This document shows, one piece after another, positions 8,762 to 17,149 of a stretch of DNA of 64,000 bases (its first letter is position 1; the number at the start of each line of letters is the position of its first letter). Origin of the DNA: Thermodesulfobacteriota bacterium (GTDB lineage: Bacteria; Desulfobacterota; QYQD01). The stretch covers positions 57,401 through 121,400 of the forward strand of contig JBFMFO010000003.1 in assembly GCA_040754095.1 (NCBI GenBank), written 5' to 3'. The position numbers and the translations under genes were made by a program. A model generated the notes under the pieces. That model saw only the letters and a list, made by a program, of their open reading frames with translations, was not told where the DNA came from and did no database searches.

Positions 8762-10687
8762 TTGAAGGCTAAAAGCTCAAGAGGTTTTTCTCCATTGGAT
8801 GAGCAGCGGGATATAACAAAGGAACTGGATGAATGTCAGAGGCATCTGACGCAGTTATGTGCCGACATTGAGCCGGAATTTTTGCAGCTTGGCCGGGAGC
8901 TTGAGTCTGTTTTTCACCGGGCCCAGGATCTTTCAGAACAGGCCAGGGGGGCAGTCTATCTGCACGCTACGGCGCATCTTCGAGAAGAGGAACCGGCCCC
9001 CGCCTCAGGCGGACATCTCCGAAAGGTTATAGACCTGTTTCTGGATGTGAGGGATATTTTTAATACGTCACTTGATGCCCTGCGTACCACGATTGAGGAG
9101 TCTGCAAAGGCTGTCAGGCATATTTTCAATATAGGGAAAGAACTGGAAAGCCTGAAGAGCGGGCAAAATGCCCTGGAGAGGCTGGCCGTTATAACCAGAA
9201 TACTGGGTATTTCTACCCGCATCGAGTGCGGCCGTCTTGGAGATATGGGCAGCGGGTTTATTTTTTTATCGGATCAAATAAGTAATTTTTCCGGTGCGCT
9301 TTCCAAGTATGCATCTGACTTTGAGACCGAGGTAAAACAGGTATTGGCAAATATTGAGGAGGCAGAGACATCCGTGGCTGCCCGTCTGAAAATCCAACGT
9401 AAAGAATCTGATCGGATTTCACAACAAATTATGGGTGTTTTAGATATGGTAGATATGGCATCCGCACAGATGACCCGGCTTTCCGAACAGATTGATCACT
9501 TTTCCGAAAGGATACTCCGGGAGGTCGGAGAGATTGTATCCGCCTTGCAGTTTCAGGATATAACCAGGCAGCAGGTTGAACACGTACAGGAGACCCTGAC
9601 AGAGATAGGATGCTCTCTGGACGGGAAAAATCTGAAAAAATGTACATCAGAAGAACTGAGCATTGTTTATAGGAACTTAGCTGTACAGCTTTCACAACTT
9701 CGTAACGTGAGAAGCGAAATTACTACCGCCGGCCAAAACATAATGACTGCCCTTGAAGAGATCGGCCGGGAAATCGAAGGACATGTAAGGCATGTCGCCG
9801 CGGCCATAGGTGAGACGAGCGGGGGCAAGGGTGATAATGCACTGGCTATGCTTGAGCCCCAGATGGAGGCGCTGGGACAGCAACTGAAAAATAGTTTTTT
9901 GCTCAGCGAGGTATTGTTTAAGACCATCGGTAATGTGTCAGGCCTGGTAGAGCGGATCGGAAGCAATCAAGCCAAAATCAATAAGACACGCCTGGATATG
10001 AAGATCCTGGCCCTTAATGCCCAAGTACAGGCGGCAAGACTGGGAGGGGATGGACGCGCACTTTCTGTACTGGCTGAAGATATGCAGCATCTTTCGGATT
10101 CCTGGAGTGCGGTGGCCGAAGAGACGGCCTCCCTACTCCAGAATGCCGTTAATGTGGCGGCCGACCTGAAAGACAAACTGGAAGATGTATTGGAACATTG
10201 CCGGAGCCAGACCGCAAAAAGCCAGGAACGGGCCTCTAATGCCGTGCTTCTCCTGCAGACTGCCAGCGACAAGACAGGGAGCGCCGTTGAGTCCATTAAT
10301 CAAGCCAGTCGTTCATTGGGAGAGGATGTTACGGCGTTAGGGAAGACCATAAAATTCCCTCAACTTGCTGAAAGCGGCCTGGAAAGGACTATATCGCACT
10401 TAGAACATCTGCAGGATGAAATCGGCAAGAGATTATCACCGGAGGAGAGACGGCTTATTAACGGGGCATCGACGCTGGATAGAACAGCCGAACGCTATAC
10501 CATGGAGAGTGAACGCAGGATGCACACTCATGCCCTGCAGCAACTTAAACCGGTCGCAGATGCGCCGGGGTGTACTGATGTCCATGCTGTCGAACGTCAC
10601 GCCTCGGCGCGTGTTCCACTTGAAAAGGATGCGCAGATAAAAGCGACAGGCACAGATGACATGGGAGACAATGTGGAGTTGTTTTAA
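8762..10687 (+). CDS. MCP-like cytoplasmic protein with two signalling-tip-like motifs (divergent chemoreceptor)
   Basis: 641-aa ORF, probably with a TTG start. Canonical tip motif ILALNAQVQAARLGGDGRALSVLAEDMQHLSDS at about residue 415. Degenerate tip-like motif ITRILGISTRIECGRLGDMGSGFIFLSDQISNFS at about residue 130. No HAMP, no TM. Confidence 0.6.
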   Translation: MKAKSSRGFSPLDEQRDITKELDECQRHLTQLCADIEPEFLQLGRELESVFHRAQDLSEQARGAVYLHATAHLREEEPAPASGGHLRKVIDLFLDVRDIFNTSLDALRTTIEESAKAVRHIFNIGKELESLKSGQNALERLAVITRILGISTRIECGRLGDMGSGFIFLSDQISNFSGALSKYASDFETEVKQVLANIEEAETSVAARLKIQRKESDRISQQIMGVLDMVDMASAQMTRLSEQIDHFSERILREVGEIVSALQFQDITRQQVEHVQETLTEIGCSLDGKNLKKCTSEELSIVYRNLAVQLSQLRNVRSEITTAGQNIMTALEEIGREIEGHVRHVAAAIGETSGGKGDNALAMLEPQMEALGQQLKNSFLLSEVLFKTIGNVSGLVERIGSNQAKINKTRLDMKILALNAQVQAARLGGDGRALSVLAEDMQHLSDSWSAVAEETASLLQNAVNVAADLKDKLEDVLEHCRSQTAKSQERASNAVLLLQTASDKTGSAVESINQASRSLGEDVTALGKTIKFPQLAESGLERTISHLEHLQDEIGKRLSPEERRLINGASTLDRTAERYTMESERRMHTHALQQLKPVADAPGCTDVHAVERHASARVPLEKDAQIKATGTDDMGDNVELF

Positions 10688-10689
10688 AA

Positions 10690-10850
10690 ATAGCTGTCAG
10701 CTATCAGCAGTCAGCGGTCAGCATGAAGTCGGTCCACCGTTCACTGTTGACCGTTTACCGAAAGAAAATGTCGGACAACGGTTAACGGATAACAGATAAC
10801 AAACATGCTGATAGCTGAACGCTGATAGCTAAAATGGGGAGGGATCAACA
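10690..10850. repeat. Mosaic intergenic repeat, reverse-complement copy of 19840-19990
   Basis: ctgtcagctatcagcagtcagcggtcagcatg ... ccgtttaccgaaagaaaatgtcggacaacggttaacggataac ... gctgatagctgaacgctgatagc. Near-identical inverted copy at 19840-19990. Related copy at 38560-38680. Confidence 0.75.
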
Positions 10851-11188
10851 TGGCTTGCATGCTTAGCGACGTTGACGGAAAGCCGGTGTTAAAGCTGACG
10901 GGTGCAGTCGGTATCGCCGAAGGCGCGGAATTAAAAGGGGCCCTGCTGAGGCTTATTGAATCTACAGAAAATCCTACGGTAGCCATGGATGGAGTTACAG
11001 AGGTCGATGTCTGCACTTTGCAACTTCTATTTGCAACTCAAAAGAGCGCCGCCAAAGCCGGTAAGTCGCTTAATTTGGCGGACATCCCCGAGCCGTTTAA
11101 TCAGGCAGCAGAATTGGCAGGAATGGCTGACCTCTTTGGGCTTAAAATTCGAAATCCGAAGCACGAAATTCGAGACAATACCAAATGA
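10850..11188 (+). CDS. STAS-domain protein (anti-sigma-factor-antagonist-like) in the che cluster
   Basis: RBS GGGGAGGG. Reads KLTGAVGIAEGAELKGALLRL ... VDVCTLQLLFATQKSAAKAGKSL, a STAS/SpoIIAA-like fold signature. The 3' end and stop codon lie inside a MITE terminal repeat, so the C-terminus is uncertain. Confidence 0.65.
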   Translation: MACMLSDVDGKPVLKLTGAVGIAEGAELKGALLRLIESTENPTVAMDGVTEVDVCTLQLLFATQKSAAKAGKSLNLADIPEPFNQAAELAGMADLFGLKIRNPKHEIRDNTK

Positions 11189-11420
11189 CCAAAATTCTAA
11201 GCAATTATGAGGCTCTTGCAAAAGTCGTCACTCCGGTGAAAACCGGAGTCCAGATGGTTTGCAACTGTTTGAAAAGACTGGATTCCGGCTTTCGCCGGAA
11301 TGACAACAATTCGATCGTAAGAGTTTTGCAATAGCCACTTATGTTTTGGTCATTTGAGCATTTTGATTTCGGATTTGTTTCGGATTTGGGATTTCGAATT
11401 TCGGATTTAAACGTGGCGCT
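11130..11420. repeat. Diverged copy of the ~300 bp MITE (TIRs cgaaattcgagacaataccaaatgaccaaaat / ttttggtcatttgagcattttgatttcggatttgtttcggattt)
   Basis: Same termini and same internal hairpin (ccggctttcgccggaatgac) as the copies at 16790-17125 and 18750-19085. Confidence 0.65.
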
Positions 11421-11496
11421 CGGTAATCTCAGTTCGGCGCATAAGTGCTAACGGTGTTTTGGCAGTGGATTTAGGTAAAAACTGGGGGGGTAATTT

Positions 11497-11862
11497 ATGG
11501 CTAAGACAATTATGACCGCCGACGATTCAGCCAGCGTCCGGCAGATGGTAAGTTTCACCCTTAAACAGGCCGGTTACGAGGTCATCGAAGCGGCGGACGG
11601 TAAAGATGCCCTGACCAAGTTGAACGGCACGCAGATAGACATGCTGATTACCGACCTCAATATGCCCAACCTGGATGGGATCAGCCTGATCAAGGGTGTG
11701 CGCGGGATGCCTAACCATAAGTTCATCCCGATCATTATGCTGACTACAGAGTCTCAGGAGAGCAAGAAGGCTGAAGGCAGAACAGCCGGGGCCTCCGGAT
11801 GGATCGTTAAGCCGTTTAAGCCGGATCAGCTCCTGGCGGTGGTTAAAAAAGTATTAAGATAA
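11497..11862 (+). CDS. cheY: Chemotaxis response regulator CheY
   Basis: 121-aa single REC domain (ADDSASVR ... DMLITDLNMPNLDGISLI ... KPF). Confidence 0.9.
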   Translation: MAKTIMTADDSASVRQMVSFTLKQAGYEVIEAADGKDALTKLNGTQIDMLITDLNMPNLDGISLIKGVRGMPNHKFIPIIMLTTESQESKKAEGRTAGASGWIVKPFKPDQLLAVVKKVLR

Positions 11863-11922
11863 GCGGGTAAAATCAAAGCTCAAAGTTCAAAGGCCAAATG
11901 AATGACAAATGTCAAAGCTCAA

Positions 11923-12066
11923 ATGACAAATGAAATTCAAAGTTCAAATGAGCAAAAGCTCTATGATCTTGAGGAGCGAACAGCCCAGTTTGGAGAAAAT
12001 GTCATTGATTTCGTCAAAACACTGCCACAGGACTCGATTAACAGGGAATTGTGCGGGTATAAGTAG
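11923..12066 (+). pseudogene. Truncated N-terminal fragment of a four-helix-bundle (23S rRNA IVS-type) protein gene
   Basis: Reads MTNEIQSSNEQKLYDLEERTAQFGENVIDFVKTLPQDSINRELCGYK*. The YDLEERT.QFGE.VI.F.K.LP motif is recognised from memory of that family. The fragment stops at the hairpin preceding the GIY-YIG gene. Confidence 0.35.
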
Positions 12067-12095
12067 TCCGTCATTCCCGCGAAAGCGGGAATCCA
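12066..12095. repeat. REP-like hairpin GTCATTCCCGCGAAAGCGGGAATCCAG (5' flank of GIY-YIG gene)
   Basis: Perfect 9-bp stem. Almost the same hairpin (gtcattccggcgaaagccggaatccag) sits inside the MITE copies at 16907-16933, 18875-18901 and 19705-19731. Confidence 0.75.
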
Positions 12096-12107
12096 GAAAA
12101 AAGAAGC

Positions 12108-12425
12108 ATGAAAAACTTCTTCGTTTATATCCTTTGCAGTAAACGGAATGGCACTTTGTATACCGGCGTGACGTCGAACTTAATCAAACGGGTATATGAA
12201 CATAAGAGTGATTTAGTTGATGGGTTTACAAAGAAATATAATGTCCACTGTCTGGTTTGGTATGAAATGCATGAGACAGCTGAGGCAGCTATTACCAGAG
12301 AGAAACAAATAAAGAAATGGAATCGCAAGTGGAAACTAAAACTTATCGAGGAGTATAACCCTGAATGGGATGATTTATATAAAGCTCTTTGTGAAGAGAC
12401 TGGATTCCCGTTTTCACGGGAATGA
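12108..12425 (+). CDS. GIY-YIG nuclease superfamily protein (small UPF0213/YhbQ-like)
   Basis: 105 aa. Reads FFVYILCSKRNGTLYTGVTSNLIKRVYEH ... with a conserved downstream E (YEMHETAEAAITREKQIKKWNRKWK). The final codons and the stop lie inside a second hairpin. Confidence 0.75.
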   Translation: MKNFFVYILCSKRNGTLYTGVTSNLIKRVYEHKSDLVDGFTKKYNVHCLVWYEMHETAEAAITREKQIKKWNRKWKLKLIEEYNPEWDDLYKALCEETGFPFSRE

Positions 12426-12428
12426 CGA
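12400..12428. repeat. REP-like hairpin CTGGATTCCCGTTTTCACGGGAATGAC (3' flank of GIY-YIG gene)
   Basis: Reverse complement of the 5' flank hairpin motif. Confidence 0.7.
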
Positions 12429-12511
12429 CTTGTTACGAACCCATCAACTTTGGATTTTGACATTTGAACTTATGAAGGCGGGATGGCATGAGGTTACCCG
12501 AAATATGAGCT

Positions 12512-14638
12512 ATGGAGGTATTAGCCGTGAACCCCGAAGATAAACACGCCCAGACCTATTTGGAAGAAGCCAGGGAGCTGCTGGCCGAACTGGAAGAGGC
12601 CGTGCTTGAGTTGGAAAACAACATGTCCGACATGGAGCTTGTGAACCGTATTTTTCGAGCCATGCATACAATTAAAGGTTCCGGGGCCATGTTCGGTTTT
12701 GACGCCGTGGCCGGGTTTACCCACCACGTGGAGACCGTCCTGGATCAGGCGCGAAACGGCGTCATCCCGGTTACGAATGACCTCACCGGCCTGATTCTGG
12801 CGGCGCGGGATGAGATCTCATCCATGCTGTTCGGCGCATCTGAGGCGGATTCGGGCGGCCGTGAGGAAATTATCGCCGCATTGCGTTCGCTTTTACCCGG
12901 AGAGGCAAATGAGGGAGAGGCGACAGGCCCAGAGACGAACGAGGCAGTCCCTGATTCGGGGGCCGAAGTTCAACCGGAAAGCAGCAGGGGCATGAGAGCT
13001 ACATACCGTATCCGTTTTATTCCTGGAAGCGATACGCTTCGCTATGGGAACGACCCTATCGCCTTGCTTAACGAACTGGACAACCTCGGAGAGCTGCGGG
13101 TCACCGCTCTTTCCGATCGCATCCCCTGCCTGGAAGAAATCAATTATGATGATTGTTATCTCGGATGGGACGTGACTCTTATATCTGAGGCCGATATCAA
13201 CGCGATCCGCGATGTCTTTATATTTGTGGAAGACAGCAGTGAGGTGACCATTGAAAAGATAGCAAATGCGAATACGATTGGCGATGCGGCAACTGAAAAG
13301 ATTGGTCAGATACTGGTTGCTCGTGGAGATGTCCCTGCCGAAGCGGTGGAAAGGGCCGCAAAGGATCAAAAAAAGATCGGGGAGATACTGGTCGAGACCG
13401 GTACGGTGTCTAAGGAAAAGGTTAATTCAGCCCTGGTCGAACAGCATATTATCCGGCAGCAGGCGGAAAAGCATAGCGCCAGCAGCATCCGCGTGGCCGC
13501 CGAAAAGCTTGACCAGCTCATTAATATAGTGGGTGAGTTGGTCACTACGCAGGCCCAACTCACTCAAGCGGCCGGTTCTAACGGGAACTCGGAACTGCTG
13601 ACGGCTGTAGAGAGTGTCGAGCGTCTTACCGGCGAACTGCGCGATTGTGTCCTGGGAGTGCGTATGCTGCCCATTGGCTCCACTTTTGCCAAGTTTAAAA
13701 GATTGGTGCGCGACCTTTCCGTGGCGCTGGGCAAGGAAGTTGATTTTATCACAGAGGGAGACGAGACAGAACTCGATAAAACGGTTATCGAGAAGATCGG
13801 CGATCCCCTGGTTCATCTTATCCGGAATAGCTTAGACCACGGTATTGAGACCCCGGAGAAAAGAGAGGCCACCGGCAAGCCGCGTCGCGGCATAATTCGT
13901 TTGACGGCGGCGCACGCCGGAGGAGAGGTGGTTATATCGGTTGAGGACGACGGCAAGGGGCTTGATACGGAGGCCATCGTCCGTAAGGCCATGGAAAAAG
14001 GGCTGATCGATGACGCGAAGAGCCTCTCCGATTCCCAGATATTTAATCTCATTTTCCAGCCGGGGTTTTCCACCGCTGAAACGGTCACAGATGTCTCAGG
14101 CCGCGGGGTAGGCATGGACGTGGTAAGACGGGAGATAGAGGCCCTGCGGGGTTCGTTTGATATTCAGAGTAAAAAGGGGCGAGGCACCACGGTTACGGTC
14201 AGACTGCCCCTGACCCTGGCCATAATCGACGGCCTCCTGGTGGAGTCAGGCCGGGAGCGGTTTGTGATTCCGCTGCATCATGTGCAGGAGTGTGTGGAAT
14301 TGACCGGGCGTGATATTGATAATACCCACGGACGCCATGTGATGAATGTCCGGGACAGGCTTGTTCCTTATGTCCGCTTAAGTGAATTCTTTGTTACGGC
14401 GGATAGAGAAGCGCTATCTATAGAACAGGTCATCGTGGTGCAGGCCGAGGATTTCGTTACAGGCCTGGTTGTGGACAGGATTGTGGGTGAGAAGCAGGCG
14501 GTGATTAAACCTCTGGGCAAGATGTTCAGGCAAGCCGACGGCGTATCCGGGGCTACTATACTGGGTGACGGCACGGTGGCCTTGATTTTGGACGTACCCC
14601 AGATCACACGGTGCGCACAGCGTGAGGAGGCGGCATGA
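12512..14638 (+). CDS. cheA: Chemotaxis histidine kinase CheA
   Basis: HPt motif RAMHTIKGSGAMFGF. HATPase motifs (HLIRNSLDHGIE, VEDDGKGLD, GRGVGMDVV). C-terminal CheW-like domain. The start may instead be the GTG at 12527 (RBS GGAGG). Confidence 0.9.
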   Translation: MEVLAVNPEDKHAQTYLEEARELLAELEEAVLELENNMSDMELVNRIFRAMHTIKGSGAMFGFDAVAGFTHHVETVLDQARNGVIPVTNDLTGLILAARDEISSMLFGASEADSGGREEIIAALRSLLPGEANEGEATGPETNEAVPDSGAEVQPESSRGMRATYRIRFIPGSDTLRYGNDPIALLNELDNLGELRVTALSDRIPCLEEINYDDCYLGWDVTLISEADINAIRDVFIFVEDSSEVTIEKIANANTIGDAATEKIGQILVARGDVPAEAVERAAKDQKKIGEILVETGTVSKEKVNSALVEQHIIRQQAEKHSASSIRVAAEKLDQLINIVGELVTTQAQLTQAAGSNGNSELLTAVESVERLTGELRDCVLGVRMLPIGSTFAKFKRLVRDLSVALGKEVDFITEGDETELDKTVIEKIGDPLVHLIRNSLDHGIETPEKREATGKPRRGIIRLTAAHAGGEVVISVEDDGKGLDTEAIVRKAMEKGLIDDAKSLSDSQIFNLIFQPGFSTAETVTDVSGRGVGMDVVRREIEALRGSFDIQSKKGRGTTVTVRLPLTLAIIDGLLVESGRERFVIPLHHVQECVELTGRDIDNTHGRHVMNVRDRLVPYVRLSEFFVTADREALSIEQVIVVQAEDFVTGLVVDRIVGEKQAVIKPLGKMFRQADGVSGATILGDGTVALILDVPQITRCAQREEAA

Positions 14639-14664
14639 GTTCACCGCAGAGGACGGGAAGAAAG

Positions 14665-14775
14665 CTGAAGGCTCAAAGCTCAAAGCTCAAAGCTCAAAGC
14701 TGATGGCTGATAGCTCATAGTTCATGGCTCAAGGCTGAAGGTAATGACCAGTGACCAATGACTAATGACCGATTT
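14665..14775. repeat. Mosaic repeat with a 4x GCTCAAA microsatellite plus a gctgatggctgatagctcatag ... aatgaccagtgaccaatgactaatgacc motif
   Basis: Read directly from the sequence. Motifs are shared with many other intergenic sites. Confidence 0.6.
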
Positions 14776-14803
14776 GCGGTGAGAAATACAAGGAGGTAGA
14801 AAA

Positions 14804-16618
14804 ATGAAAGTCAGGATAGGTACAAAACTGGCCGTTGGTTTTGTCATCCCCTTGCTTTCTATGCTGATCATCGGGGGATGGGCCTATTTTGCCAATCGGG
14901 ATGTAGAATCAAGGTCGAGCTTGACAAAGGACGAGAGCATCGTCTTTCACGAGACCGCCCAGCAGATGAAGGTGGACGTTATACAGGTACAACAGTGGCT
15001 ATCGGATATCTCGGCCACGCGGGCGCAGGACGGCCTGAATGATGGTTTTGATAAGGCAGAGGAGCACAGACGATCTTTTTTGGCCGGGCTGAATAAGTTC
15101 AGGGAGATGTTCACCGAGGAAAACAACCAGGAGGGATTGGAACACCTGAAGAAATTGGAAGCAGAATTTAACGCATATCATGCCACCGGGAAAAAGATGG
15201 CCCAGGCTTACATAGAGCACGGGCCGGCCGGCGGAAACAAGCTGATGGCCGAGTTTGATGAGGCAGCAGAGGCCCTGTGGCGCAATCTCAATCCATTGGT
15301 GGAATCACAGACCAAAGAAGTGCATGAGAGTATGGAGGCCATTGTTACCTCGATCAAACGTGTCAATATGGGCGTTATCGTCATCTTGTCTTTAGCCGTT
15401 TTAATAACTGCTGTTGTAGGCATACTTATCGCTCGTCGTATTGTCAGACCAGTCAACCAGCTTCGTGACGTTGCTGATAAACTGGCGGCAGGAGATACCT
15501 CGGTAGAAATCGATATCAAGAGCCGGGATGAGACCGGCGACCTGGCCGCATCATTTAAGAAGATGGTGGCGCAACTGAACGGCCTGCTTGCCGAGATAGA
15601 CCTGCTCACCAGGTCTGCGGTGGAAGGAAAACTCGATACCCGCGGCGATACCGGGAAATTTGGCGGTGATTATGGAAAGATTATCCACGGCATAAACGAT
15701 ACCCTCGATGCTGTAACCGGCCCTCTGAAGACTTCAGCCGAATACGTCCGGCAGATCAGCAGAGGCGACCTCCCGGCAAAGCTTACAGACGACTACAAAG
15801 GCGATTTTAACGAGATCAAGAACAGCCTGAACAGCATGATCGATAATCTTACCGGTTTTGCCGTCAATGTACGGACAGTGGCCGGGCAGGTGGCTGCAGG
15901 CAGCGAGGAGCTTAATGCTGCTGCCACGCAGATGTCCCAGGGCACGTCCGAACAGGCGGCAAGCATCGAGGAGGTATCCAGTTCCATGGAGGAGATGAAT
16001 GCCGCAGTAGTGCAGAATGCGGATAACGCCAAGCAGACGGCGGTTATTGCAAAAGATGCGGCTCAAAATGCCAGGGAGAGTGGTGATGCAGTGGTGCAGG
16101 CGGTAGGGGCCATGAACCAGATCGCGGAAAAAATAACTATTATTGAAGAGATTGCCAGACAGACCAACCTCCTGGCCTTGAATGCGGCCATTGAGGCGGC
16201 CCGGGCCGGAGAGCATGGACGGGGCTTTGCGGTGGTGGCGGCAGAGGTGCGGAAGCTGGCCGAACGCAGCCAGACTGCGGCCCAGGAGATTGCCGATTTA
16301 TCGGGGAGCAGCGTCGAGGTGGCCGAAAGTGCCGGCCGTATGGTAGCTGAACTGGTTCCCAATATACAGAAGACCGCCGATCTCGTTCAGGAGATCAGCG
16401 CTTCCAGCGGAGAGCAGGCCCGGGGGATAGAACAGGTCACCCAGGCCATTGAACAGCTTAATCAGGTGGTGCAGCAGAATACCGGTAGCGCAGAGGAGGT
16501 GGCCATTCCTCCGAAGAGCTTTCCGCTCAGGCAGAACAATTGCTTAATGCGGCAGAGTTTTTCAAGACTGGCGAGGGCGCCCGGCAGACAGCGGCGCATG
16601 CCGGGATCAGGCGCGTAA
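14804..16618 (+). CDS. Transmembrane methyl-accepting chemotaxis protein (2 TM, periplasmic helical sensor, tandem HAMP, MCP domain) with an apparent frameshift at the 3' end
   Basis: RBS AAGGAGG. TM1 [18 protein letters not shown]2 [23 protein letters not shown] tip motif [37 protein letters not shown]. After about 16510 the reading frame yields nonsense ([15 protein letters not shown]), while the -1 frame continues as a normal MCP tail to the DFERF terminus at 16797. Confidence 0.8.
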   Translation: MKVRIGTKLAVGFVIPLLSMLIIGGWAYFANRDVESRSSLTKDESIVFHETAQQMKVDVIQVQQWLSDISATRAQDGLNDGFDKAEEHRRSFLAGLNKFREMFTEENNQEGLEHLKKLEAEFNAYHATGKKMAQAYIEHGPAGGNKLMAEFDEAAEALWRNLNPLVESQTKEVHESMEAIVTSIKRVNMGVIVILSLAVLITAVVGILIARRIVRPVNQLRDVADKLAAGDTSVEIDIKSRDETGDLAASFKKMVAQLNGLLAEIDLLTRSAVEGKLDTRGDTGKFGGDYGKIIHGINDTLDAVTGPLKTSAEYVRQISRGDLPAKLTDDYKGDFNEIKNSLNSMIDNLTGFAVNVRTVAGQVAAGSEELNAAATQMSQGTSEQAASIEEVSSSMEEMNAAVVQNADNAKQTAVIAKDAAQNARESGDAVVQAVGAMNQIAEKITIIEEIARQTNLLALNAAIEAARAGEHGRGFAVVAAEVRKLAERSQTAAQEIADLSGSSVEVAESAGRMVAELVPNIQKTADLVQEISASSGEQARGIEQVTQAIEQLNQVVQQNTGSAEEVAIPPKSFPLRQNNCLMRQSFSRLARAPGRQRRMPGSGA

Positions 16619-16789
16619 AACGCCCAACGGCTCCTTCCTCCGCGATGCAGTTGAGTCCGGCCGCCGCACCTGTAACACAGAGACATGAGAAAAAAGTTGA
16701 TAGTTCAACCGGGGATAAGCTTGGGCAGGCAGGATCGAGAGCGGTGGATTTAATCCTGGAGCCGGATAATGATGGGCAGGATTTTGAAA

Positions 16790-17125
16790 GGTTTTGAGGC
16801 GGCTATTCACCGCAAGGGCGGACAAATTCTAAATTCGAAGCACGAAATACGAAACAAATTTAAATGACCAAAATTGATGGTCTCGTAAAAAGTCTGAAAA
16901 GACTATTTTCTGTCATTCCGGCGAAAGCCGGAATCCAGCAAATTCAATATGTTCTGGATGCCGGATCAAGTCCGGCATGACGATTTCAGGACTTTTTACG
17001 AATTCATCAAAATTCAAAATCCTAAACAATTATGTTTTGGTCATTTGGACATTTTGATTTCGGATTTGTTTCGGATTTCGATATTAGGATTTCGGATTTA
17101 TAGCTTTGCGTCTTTGCGGTGAGCC
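16790..17125. repeat. MITE-like element (~300 bp) with ~45-bp imperfect TIRs and two internal hairpins. Copy 1.
   Basis: About 97% identical to 18750-19085. TIRs cgaaatacgaaacaaatttaaatgaccaaaat / ttttggtcatttggacattttgatttcggatttgtttcggattt. Internal hairpins gtcattccggcgaaagccggaatccag and gccggatcaagtccggc. Confidence 0.8.
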
Positions 17126-17149
17126 TAAGAAATACAAGGAGGTAGAAAG

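Noticed and set aside
10741-11016. ORF 10741-11016(-) and ORF 38423-38629(+) sharing the C-terminus CYPLTVVRHFLSVNGQQ as a conserved small-protein family
   Set aside because: The shared peptide is encoded by the same mosaic repeat module (aaccgttgtccgacatttt ... gttaacggtcaacagtgaacgg) in both places, so the similarity is nucleotide-repeat driven. 10741-11016 also overlaps the STAS gene on the opposite strand.
11930-12142. ORF 11930-12142(+) as a real gene
   Set aside because: It reads through the hairpin and into the GIY-YIG gene in a different frame and has no homology pattern. The alternative frame gives the four-helix-bundle fragment, which is the more plausible relic.
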